Made by a program: the position numbers and the translations under genes
The notes under the pieces: generated by a model
Told to the model about the DNA's origin: nothing
The model's database searches: none
What the model saw: only the letters and a program-made list of their open reading frames with translations
Source of the DNA: Jimgerdemannia flammicorona
Lineage: Eukaryota
Assembly (NCBI GenBank): GCA_003990765.1
Contig: RBNJ01000158.1
Coordinates: 1-38,635, forward strand
Direction: 5' to 3'
Length of the DNA: 38,635 bases
Shown here: positions 1 to 9,982 of the stretch, in pieces
How the letters are laid out: each line of letters opens with the position of its first letter
Position numbering within the stretch: position 1 is the stretch's first letter

Positions 1-9
1 AAAAAAAAA
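1..9 (+). other. A-tract truncating the inverted PLE copy; probable poly(A) tail of an element lying left of the window
   Basis: Similarity to the reverse complement of the forward copy stops at position 7 (aaagacaataag = rc of cttattgtcttt, ending 6307). The As further left do not match the forward copy. Confidence 0.45.
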
Positions 10-1361
10 GACAATAAGATCATCAATATACCAGAGGAACTTTAGCCCGGCAGCAACGGCTCGGCTGAGCAAATGATCAGACGCTTGCAAGGCACGTAAC
101 TCATGAGCAAAACCAATAAGATTGGTAAGATCTGGAGCACAATTAGTGCCCATAGCAATACCAGTCACAGAGCAGAAGGAACCGATGGTGGATATGAACG
201 TCGTATGAGTCATGACTATGCGGACAAGGCCGAGAATGGCTTCAAGTGGCAAAGAGCCAGGGGGGAAGGCCACCATCGACAAAAAGGTAAGACAGTCGAT
301 ACACTCATCTAATGTGATCCTGGTGTAGAAGGCAGTGAAATCTCCAGTAGCGACGTAAGAGCAATCTGACACATCAAGGTAATCCGATCGAATCAATTGA
401 AGCAGTTCTAACATATCACGTAGAGGTGAATAACGCGAATAACCCACATTATGGTGCAGATGGGCTGACCACAGATGGAGAAAGTGAGATAGGAAACGCG
501 AAATCTCGGTCGTGGGAGAGTTGAATGCACCAACGATAGGGCGCCATGCCACGCAAGCCCCTTTGTGTACCTTGGGCAGAGCATGAAACATGGGTAGCTT
601 ACAATTGTTAGGCTCTATGAGGTGTTCCCAAATCAGCATACAATTATGATCGCCGATGCAGAACTCGAGTAGACCAAGCAGGTCAAGCCTCACTGATTCC
701 TTAACATTATCAATCATAGAGGGATCATTCACGTACGTAGGATCGTGAAGGAGGGACCGAAGACCATCGAGATATAGAGCATGCAGTATAACGGCGAACT
801 CCAGATTCTTGTCAGTAAGACAGACAGTAAAGTCATCATGAGTATGGACGCCTTTAAGAAGACATCGGAACTTCTTCGGTACAAGCGTGCCGGACACATT
901 CGTCGTGGGTCGGATAGCTTGATTCAAAGCGGCACTCATATGGAGCATAATTTGCATATTTTCCATACAGTGTGGTGGTCACCATTTCGATGGCACCCAG
1001 GTGGAGATCTCCGGGACGTCATCAGAATTACCCATAGAGGTCCAGAAGGTGGCAAGGTAGAGACGCCGTTGGAACAATGACAATGAAATTGGGTCAATGG
1101 TGCTGTTCATCAACACCGACCCGGGGAGAACAAACTTAGGGCCAAAGTTCAGCATATATGTGAGCTCGGGGGTAAGCCAAGGCAGAGGTATATCAGTAAC
1201 AAAGCCCTCCTCGGTAAATATCCGAAACCGAGGAACGAAAAACTGACTTAATCGGGAACCGGGAAGAGAAGACACAAAGGCAAAATCCTCAATTGGTGTC
1301 GAGGCCGCTACTCCATGTGGAATGGGGACATCGGGGCCAAACCATGCTGCCGGGAAGTCAT
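7..1361 (-). pseudogene. PLE reverse transcriptase, inverted copy, truncated after the catalytic YIDD motif
   Basis: Reads LNFGPKFVLP, HALPKVHKG..WRPIVG, TGIAMGTNCAP and YIDDLIVF on the - strand. Confidence 0.9.
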
Positions 1362-1385
1362 ATAAGACCTCCAGGCTGGGGACCT

Positions 1386-2546
1386 CTAGTTTTTTGATGC
1401 TAGAGGGCAGACATCGCTGGCATTATGCCAGACGATATGACATTTAGCAGCAGTACACTTGTTGCACTGTAGTATAAACGCCCTGGCGGCACTCTTAGAC
1501 AAGCGGCTCGAAGTCGACGAGCGGCTGGTCCCAGTAGAAGCAGAAGAAACGGACGGGGAAGGTGAAGCCTTGCATGCTCGCTTGACCCCTTTTACAGAAC
1601 CCTCTGTCACAGCGGGGGCTAGGGGGCAAGGACCCTGGTGGGTCTTCGTAGGCACACCAAGGCGTCCAGAACAGCTACGGCAGTTCGGCGCAACGGAGGC
1701 CGAGGTCACCTTCACCTCCTTCATCTTTTCTGCAGCCCCCGCAGGCACGGCGGTAGAGGTTAGGGGGGTGGGGATGCTCTTTTTCGGTCAGGCAGAACCA
1801 GCGGCAGCAGAGGCAAATGTGCATTTGGCACCTGGAGTAGCGATTTCGGAGCGCTTCCCAAGCTCCTCGACCACGGCTTTGCGGGCAGCGGCGGAAATCC
1901 CATCTTGCAGGGAGGAGGATGCGGAGACTGTTGGGCAGACAGCAGCAGCAGCAGCTTTAGCAGTGGTGGCGGCGGCCAGACGGCGAGACTGACGCACGAC
2001 AATGTCAAAACCATGGAACAGAAACAAGTTTGTCTTGGCTCGGTCGGTGGCAGCAAGGGTAGCGATATTCTTGCTAACCCCTTGAGTGATATCAACGGAC
2101 ACACCAAAAAACTGGTAAGCATCAGAAGAACCACCCATGGCCTTGTCGATTTTAGCACGCTGGTCCTTAGCATGCTGGGTGGCGGCTTCTTGATCAGAAA
2201 CAGCAGCCTCGATCGCGGCAGTGGCACAGCGCTTAGCTTCTGCTGAAGCAGTAGTAAGGGCGGCATCATGCTGCTCCTCAGGTAGGAGAGCGATGGTAGC
2301 GGCAACCTTCTTGGAAGGAGTAAACCTCCAATCGGCAACCTGGGCCTGTAAAAAATTGGTGTGGCATTCCTTCGCGGCAGCGACCTCAAGGGCAGAAAGC
2401 ACTCCGGTGCAAGCAGCATGGAAGTAAGCAGGGACCTCGGCAGACGCAGCAGCGACATAGGCTGCAAGGTTGTTGAACTCTGCCAAATCGGTGAAGGAAG
2501 CTTTGGGGACGGCAGTATCGCCATCTACATTCATATTATCTGTCAT
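1386..2546 (-). pseudogene. PLE ORF1, inverted copy (Ala-rich helical N-terminus, two Cys/His knuckles), internal TGA at 1788-1790
   Basis: ORFs 1788..2546 and 1386..1748 are in one frame and mirror 3767..4927. Confidence 0.8.
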
Positions 2547-3056
2547 GTTGTGTATTATAAAACGAGTAGATAATAGCGGAAGAGTTTAGAGCGAGATGTG
2601 ATACTGTTATGGCGGATATGAAGGTCAGCAGTAAAAGGTCAAGCAGTTGGAAACAAAAAGCTTATGTGAATTTTCACGATAGAACAGAAAGTGGAATAAA
2701 GTGTTTTCCGAAGTAAGGTGCAATAGATCTGCAACCCACCCTCAGTACCACAATACATGGTGGTCTTTATTCATTTTGAGAAACAAAGTTCGGGTAAACA
2801 AAGACACGGATCTAACCCCATAATTCCGGAATCGGATAGGTGCATAAGTACCCGGACCTTGCCCTGATCCAAATAAAAGTCTGAATCAGGCTTCGTTGAT
2901 CTACACATGTGACGGGCCATTAAAAAACTGGATATAGTAACAATCAGGAAAAAGGTTCCAGTCATGTGATCTAATGTTACACAATCAGTAAACAATACCA
3001 AAAATGGAACTAGACCAATGACCCATCACGTGTTGTCACGTAATTGTCACTTATAG

Positions 3057-3760
3057 GTTTAAAAATGTGAAAAATCGCTGGACAACCTTCGGCATGAGGC
3101 TCTAGGCCTGACGCCTGTGTACTTATGCTTCATGACACCTGTCTACCTCCACTCGCTTCGCTCACTCCGGTGCTGAGGCTCTACTCTGCTCCAGTCACGA
3201 GGCTCTAGACCTGATGCCTATGCCTTCGGGTGCTGATGATTTTTAGATTTTTAAACCTATAAGTGACAATCACATAACAACACGTGATGGGTCATTGGTC
3301 TAGTTCCGTTTTTGGCATTGTTTACTGATTGTGTAACATTAGATCACATGACCGGAACCTTTTTCTCAATTGTTATTATATCCGGTTTTTTAATGGCCTG
3401 TCACATATGTAGATCAACGAAGCCCGATTCAGACTTTTGTTTGAATCAGGGCAAGGTCCAGGTACTTATGCACCTATACGATTCCAGAATTATGGGGTTA
3501 GATCCATGTCTTTGTTTATCCGAACTTTGTTTCTCAAAATGAATAAAGACCACCGCGTATTGCGGTGCTGAGGGTGGGTTGCAGATCTATTGCACCTTGC
3601 TTCGGAAAACACTTTATTCCGCTTTCTGTTCCATCGTGAAAATTTACATAAGCTTTTCATTTTCAACTGCTTGACCTTTTACCGCTGACCTTCATATCTG
3701 CCGTAACAGTATCACATCTCGCTCTAAACTCTTCCGCTATTATCTACTTGTTTTATAATA
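3057..3760 (+). repeat. 5' pseudo-LTR (704 bp) of the PLE
   Basis: Direct repeat of 6962-7665, from gtttaaaaatg to ttttataata. Confidence 0.95.
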
Positions 3761-3766
3761 CACAAC

Positions 3767-4927
3767 ATGACAGATAATATGAATGTAGATGGCGATACTG
3801 CCATTCCCAAAGCTTCCTTCGTCGATTTGGTAGAGTTCGACAACCTTGCAGCCTATGTCGCTGCTGCGTCTGCCGAGGTCCCTGCTTACTTCCGTGCTGC
3901 TTGCACTGGAGTGCTTTCTGCCCTTGAGGTCACTGCCATGAAGGAACGCCATGCCGATTTTTTACGGGCCCAGGTTGCCGATTGGAGGTTTACTTCTTCC
4001 AAGAAGGTTGCTGCTACCATCGCCCTCCTACCTGAGGAGCAGCGTGATGCCGCCCTTACTACTGCTTCGGCAGAAGCTAAGCGTCATGCCACTGCCGCGA
4101 TTGAGGCTGCCGTTTCTGATCAAGAAGCCGCCGCCCAGCATACTAAGGACCAGCATGCTAAAATCAACAAGGCCATGGGTGGTTCTTCTGATGCTCATCA
4201 GTTTTTTGGTGTGTCCGTTGATATCACTCAAGGGGTTAGCAAGAATATCGCTACCCTTGCTGCCACCAACCAAGCCAAGACAAACTTGTTTCTGTTCCAT
4301 GGTTTTGACGTTGTCGTACGTCAGTCTCACCATCTGGCCGCCACCGCCGCTGCTAAAGCCACTGCTGCTGCTGTCCACCTGACAGTTCCCATGTCCTCCT
4401 CCCTGCAAGATGGGATTTCCGCCGCTGCCCACAAAGCCATGGTCAAGGAGCTTGGGAAGCACCCCGAAATCGCTACTCCGGATACCAAATGCATGTTTGC
4501 CTCTGCTGCCGCTGGTTCCGCCTGACCGAAAAAGAGCGTCCCCACCCCCCTACCCTCTACTGCCGTGCCTGCGGGGGCTGCGGGAAAGGTAAAGGAGGTG
4601 AAGGTGACCTCGGCCTCCATTGCGCCAAACTGCCGTAGCTGTTCTGGATGCCTTGGTGTGCCTACGAAGGCCCACCGGGGTCCTTGCCCCCTAGCCCCCG
4701 CTGTGACGGAGGGTTCTGTAAAAGGGGTCAAGCGAGTGCGCAAGACTTTGCCTTCTCCATCCGTTTCTTCTGCTTCTACTGGGACCAGCTGCTTGTCGAC
4801 TTTGAGCCGCTCGTCTAAGAGTGCCGCTAGGGCGTTTGTACCACAGTGCAACAAGTGTACTGCCACTAAACGTCATGTCATCTGGCATAATGCCAGCGAT
4901 GCCTGCTCTCTAGCATCAAAAAACTAG
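3767..4927 (+). pseudogene. PLE ORF1 (~386 codons): Ala-rich predicted coiled coil plus two atypical Cys/His knuckles; internal TGA at 4523-4525
   Basis: 3767..4525 and 4565..4927 share a frame. Motifs CRSC-x10-H-x3-C and CNKC-x9-H-x5-C are present in both copies. Confidence 0.8.
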
Positions 4928-4951
4928 AGGTCCCCAGCCCGGAGGTCTTAT

Positions 4952-6931
4952 ATGACTTCCCCGGCAGCATGGTTTGGCCCCGATGTCCCCATTCCATATG
5001 GGGTAGCAGCCTCGACACCAATTGAGGATTTTGCCTTCGTGTCTTCTCTTCCTGGTTCCCGATTAAGTCAGTTTTTCGTCCCTCGGTTTCGGATGTTTAC
5101 CGAGGAGGGCTTTGTTACCGATATACCTCCGCCTTGGCTTACCCCCGAGCTCACGTATATGCTGAACTTTGGTCCTAAGTTTGTTCTCCCTGGGTCGGCA
5201 TCGATGAACAGCACCATTGACCTGATTTCGTTGTCGTCGTTCCAACAGTATCTCGACCTTGCCACCTTCTGGACCTCTATGGGTAATCCTGACAACGTCC
5301 CAGAGATCTCCGCCTGGGTGCCATCGAAATGGCGACCGCCGTACTGTATGGAAAATATGCAAATTATGCTCCATATGAGTGCCGCTTTGAATCAAGCTGT
5401 CTGACCCATGACGAATGTATCTGGCGTGCTTGTACCGAAGAAGTTCCAACGTCTTCTTAAAGGCATCTGTACTCATGATGACTTTACTGTCTGTCTTACC
5501 GACAAGAATCTGGGGTTTGCCGTTATACCGCATGCTCTATATCTCGATGGTCTTCGGTCCCTCTTTCATGATCCTGCATACGTGAATGATCCCTCTATGA
5601 TTGATAACGTTAAGGAATCAGTGAGGCTTGATCTGCTTGGTCTACTCGAGTTCTGCATTGGCGATCATAATTGTATGCCGATTTGGGAATACCTCATGGA
5701 GCCTAACGATTGTAAGCTACCCATGTTTCATACTCTGCCCAAGGTATACAAAGGGGCTCGCATGGCATGGCGCCCTATCGTTGGTGCATTCAACTCTCCC
5801 ACAACCGAGATTTCACGTTTCCTATCTCACTTTCTTCATCTGTGGTTGGCCCATCTGCGCCATAATGTGGGTTATTCGCGTTATTCACCTCTATGTGATA
5901 CATTAGAACTGCTTCAATTGGTTCGATTGGATTACCTTGACGTGTCAGATTGCTCTTACGTCGCTACTGGAGATTTCGCCACCTTCTACACCAGGATCAC
6001 ATTAGATGAGTACATCAACTGCCTCACCTTTTTGTCAATAGTGGCCTTCCCCCCTGGCTCGTTGCCGCTTGAAGCCGTTCTCAGCCTTGTCCGCATAGTC
6101 ATGACTTGTACAATGTTCACATCTGCCATTGGTTCCTTCCGCTCTGTGACTAGTATTGCTATGGGCACTAATTGTGCTCCGGATCTTACCAATCTTGTTG
6201 GTTTTGCTCATGAGTTGCGCACCTTGCAAGCGCCTGATCATTTGCTCAGCCGAGCTGTCGCTGCCGGGCTAAAGTTCTGCCGGTATATTGATGATCTTAT
6301 TGTCTTTACGCCCACGATTATGGACTTGGCCTCAATCTTTGCTGCTGTGTACCCACCGCACCATTGTATCGAATGGGAAGTCTTATCCGCTGGACCGTGC
6401 CATTACTTAGACCTGGAAATCCGAGTCGCACCATTCCACACAGGCCGCTTTGCTAAGTTCTCGCGTAGTACTCAGTTTGTCGACTGGTTGAGTAATCATC
6501 CTAGGAAGACACTCCGTCTATACATTGTGAATGAAGCCTGCTGCCTTTCGTTACTCTGCTCATCTCACCGTAATTGGCTTGATGAGTGTCGGTCTTTGGC
6601 CGAATTCCTGGTTCACAGGAAAGGATACCCTATTGATGTTGTAACCACTTAATTGAGTTTGGTTGATTGGCTTGAGGTCTGAACTTCACTTCTCACCCCT
6701 CCCCTTATTTCCCACCCCCCTATCCCCCACTTCGCTTTTCCTCCCCCGTTGCTTGTCGTCCAATATGACACGGCCTGATGGCTACATCAACAGCCTGACA
6801 AGACTCTACATACCACTTTGCTTCGTTTTGGTTTCCCTGCGACCGCCCGATGACCAATCATCGCCCGGAAGAATGGTTTTACCATTCTTAACGCTGTCTC
6901 AAACACCAGCTTTACTTTAAGTCCTCCTTGA
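4952..6931 (+). pseudogene. Penelope-like reverse transcriptase without endonuclease domain, several C>T nonsense changes
   Basis: LNFGPKFVLP, TDKNLG, LPKV(H/Y)K..WRPIV...SPT, GDFATFYT, IAMGTNCAP, RYIDDL, YLDLEI, WLSNHP, RKGYP. The TGA at 5402 is CGA in the inverted copy. The frame continues past stops to PIIARKNG..SPP* at 6929-6931. Confidence 0.92.
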
Positions 6932-6961
6932 AGGCCGCACCGCCTGTACGTGCCGTGCGAT

Positions 6962-7665
6962 GTTTAAAAATGCAAAAAATCGCCGGACAACCTCCAGCGC
7001 GAGGCTCTAGGCCTAACGCCTGCGTACCTATGCTCTGTGACACCTGTCTACCTCCACTCGCTTCGCTCGCTCCGGTGCCAAGGCTCTACTCTGCTCCGGT
7101 CGTGAGGCTCTAGGCCTGATGCCTACGCCTTCGGGTGCTGACAATTTTTAGGTTTTTAAACCTATAAGTGACAATCATGTGACAACATGTGATGGGTCAT
7201 TGGTCTAGTTCCGTTTTTGGCATTGTTTACTGATTGTGTAACATTAGATCATGTGACCGGAACCTTTTTCCCAATTGTTACTATATCCGGTTTTTTAATG
7301 GCCCATCACATGTGTAGATCGACGAAGCCCAATTCAGACTTTTGTTTGGATCAGGGCAAGGTCTGGGTACTTATGCACCTATCCAATTCCGGAATTATGG
7401 GGTTAGGTCCGTGTCTTTGTTTACCCGAACTTTGTTTCTCAAAATGAATAAAGACCACTGCATATTGTGGTGCTGAGAGCGGGTTGCAGATCTATTGCAC
7501 CTTGCTTCAGAAAATACTTTATTCCGCTTTCTGTTCCATCGTGAAAATTCACATAAGCTTTTCATTTCCAACTGCTTGACCTTTTACCGCCGACCTTCAT
7601 ATCCGCCATAACAGTATCACATCTCGCTCTAAACTCTTTCGCTATTATCTACTCATTTTATAATA
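6962..7665 (+). repeat. 3' pseudo-LTR (704 bp) of the PLE, followed by poly(A)
   Basis: Direct repeat of 3057-3760; the A-run 7665-7676 joins Gypsy RNase H sequence. Confidence 0.95.
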
Positions 7666-7676
7666 AAAAAAAAAAG

Positions 7677-9160
7677 CTTTTGGGAAAGGTAGGCTACTGG
7701 ATGATCTTCTTGACTGAGTACTGCTCCAATAGCAATGTCAGAGGCATCTGTGGTCAGAGTGAATGGTCTGGTAGAGTCAGGTGCAATTAGCACTAGGGCC
7801 TTGGTAAGGAGTCTCTTGAGATGGTCCATAGCCAGGGTGCATTTGGGGGTCCATTCAGCTTTAATGTTCACTCCTTTGCGGGCCAGACTGGTTAATGGAG
7901 CTGCAATAGCAGAGTATTCTTGGATAAACCTTTGGTAATAACTGGCAATACTCAGAAAGTACTAGAGTAGCTTGAGGGTAGTAGTGATAGAGATATCCTT
8001 AAGGGCTGATACCTTTCGGGGGTTCACATTGATACCTTCAGCAGAGATAATATGTCCTAGATATTCAATCTGGTCTTGGTAAAACTTGCATTTGCTCATC
8101 TTGGTATAGAACTGGTGTTCTCGCAGGAGGATCAGTACTTATCTGAGATGGGTGTAGTGTAGCTCTACTGTCTCACTGTAGATTAGTATATCATCAATAT
8201 ACACAAGAACATAGATGTTGAGGAGTGGTCCAAAGATGTCATTCATCAGATACTAGAATGTTGCTGGTACATTGGTTAATCCAAAAGGCATAACTCAGAA
8301 CTGGTAGTGTCTAAACCATGTTCGAAAAGCTGTCTTTTCAATGTCCTTCTCATCAATGAGAATCTGGTAGTAGCTATTTCGCAAATCCAGTAGAGAAAAG
8401 GTCTTGGCCTTGAAGATTTGGTATAGCAACTCATCAATCCTGGGCAAGGCATACCAGTTCTTGATAGTGATCTTGTTGAGGGCTCTGTAGTCAATACACA
8501 TTCACAGAGAGCCATTCTTCTTCTTGATAAATAGAATGGGAGCTCCAAATAGAGAGTGGCTGGGTTCAATATATCCTTGGGCCAGTAGTTTGGTCAATTC
8601 AACCTTGAGGATCTTGGAATACATTTTGGAATTCTTCAAACAGTTCTTGAGCTTCTGTTGGAATTGGGCTGCTTGGAGCTTCAGTGACTTCTTGTACTGT
8701 ACAGATGAAGTAGGTGTTTCCCTTTTTTCGAGAGAGTCTCTTCATTTGAATGGCAGAGATGATTTTAATTCCTTGGTGGTTGGTACCTTCCTAGGGTATC
8801 AGGGTGATCTCTCTGCCTTCATGGGTCAGGTTAACCTCATTGGTTCTTCAGTTGATATCTGGGTTGTGCTGGGTCAACCAGGCTTTTCCTAAGATAATAT
8901 CTTATCCTGGAAGGTCTATAATGCTAAAATTCAACTTCTCTTGATATTTGCCAATTTTGAGCAAAAGGTCTTCACAGATCTTGGTCAATGGTGCAGTCTT
9001 TCCATCACCAAAGATAACACTTCTTTTCTCAGGAGTTGGTCTGCTTTGGGCTCTAATTCTCTTAGTAGTCTTGGTGCTGATGTAGTTTCCAGTAGCACTA
9101 CTATCAAGCAAGACATTGACATTTTGTCTGTGGACTTGCCCTGTGAACTTGATACAACTG
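7677..9160 (-). pseudogene. Gypsy A pol: aspartic protease, RT, RNase H (N-terminal part)
   Basis: Motifs as listed for element A; multiple stops and frameshifts; boundaries approximate. Confidence 0.9.
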
Positions 9161-9479
9161 TCCTCCTTCTTGATGGTATTGAGCTCTTCATCCTTATTGT
9201 TGTCCCAATTGCTGTCAGTCTCCTCGAAGTCAGTTTCTCTCCATCCTTCACAAGGAGGGTTGTCTTGTTTGGGTTCCTCAGTCTGTTGAGCTTGGCACTT
9301 CTCAGATTGAATTTTGAAAACTTTGGAGAGACATGCATGGCATTCACCAATATGTTCTATGCAGTACATTCAAATCGAATGAGGGCATCATCCACATAGT
9401 GCATAACCATCTACAATTCTCTTGTACCAGTTTTCATCATCTTCCTTCATGGTAGTAACCTTTTGACTGGGAGGTTTGT

Positions 9480-9880
9480 TGGTAGATCCAAACCCTTTCT
9501 TGCCACAATCTGTCTGGGAGAGTTTGGGGACTTCTTCAATGATGAGATCTTGACAGATTTCTTTAATAATTGCTTGGGCAATTCTTTGGCCTACTTTGAC
9601 TTCAAATGATATATCTCCAAAATTTCACAAGATGACATAGATTTCACTAGTAAATTCTTGGTCAACTACTCCTCCTCCTAGCCCAATGTTGAACTCTTTA
9701 GCTAGGCTGCTTCGCTCAGTAAGGCAGATGTATATACCTCTGGAAGCTTGCATTGCAATTCCTGTTCACACTGTAGCATTGATACTTGGTGGGATGGTGA
9801 GGTCTTGGCTACTGTAGAGGTCATATCCAGCATCAGTTGGGTGGGCCTTAGTGGAGATGGTAGCCTTGTACCATATCTTC
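9480..9880 (-). pseudogene. dut: dUTPase domain of Gypsy A, between nucleocapsid and protease
   Basis: KAHPTDAGYDLYS, TGIA, (R)SSLA, GGVVDQEFTSEI, GQRIAQ, GKKGFGST: all five trimeric dUTPase motifs in order. Confidence 0.9.
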
Positions 9881-9982
9881 TGTACTTTGATGACATTCTT
9901 GGGATTCTTCTTTCCTGGGCCTTCTCCAATAATAGTAATGTTCTGGTTACTAGGTTCACCTATTCTATTCTTCTTCTCAGGG

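Larger units (their letters stand above)
7..3065 (-). mobile_element. Inverted partial copy of the Penelope-like element (part of terminal repeat, ORF1, RT up to YIDDLIVF)
   Basis: Collinear reverse complement of 3248-6307; differences are mostly C/T and G/A transitions. Confidence 0.95.
3057..7676 (+). mobile_element. Endonuclease-deficient Penelope-like retroelement: terminal repeat - ORF1 - RT - terminal repeat - poly(A)
   Basis: PLE-type RT motifs, 704-bp direct terminal repeats without TG..CA ends, no GIY-YIG, integrase or RNase H seen, A-tail at 7665-7676. Confidence 0.88.

Noticed and set aside
3061..3245. Hammerhead ribozyme (GAAA near 3069 and CTGATGA at 3233-3239)
   Set aside because: Stems II and III and the NUH site cannot be built. 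The other copy reads ctgacaa, and the bases belong to the terminal inverted repeat.
3312..3542. 76-aa ORF open in all three repeat copies
   Set aside because: TTG start and no recognisable motif; the copies share one recent template, so conservation is not independent evidence.
4327..4866. Antisense 177-179 aa ORF (also 1459-1992)
   Set aside because: Likely a shadow of GC-rich ORF1, with no ATG start or motif.
7..6307. Palindrome as a chimeric read or assembly artefact
   Set aside because: The arms carry many independent transition differences, so they have aged separately in the genome.
3057..7665. True LTR or DIRS-type element
   Set aside because: No TG..CA ends, PBS, integrase, RNase H or tyrosine recombinase; the RT motifs are PLE-type.
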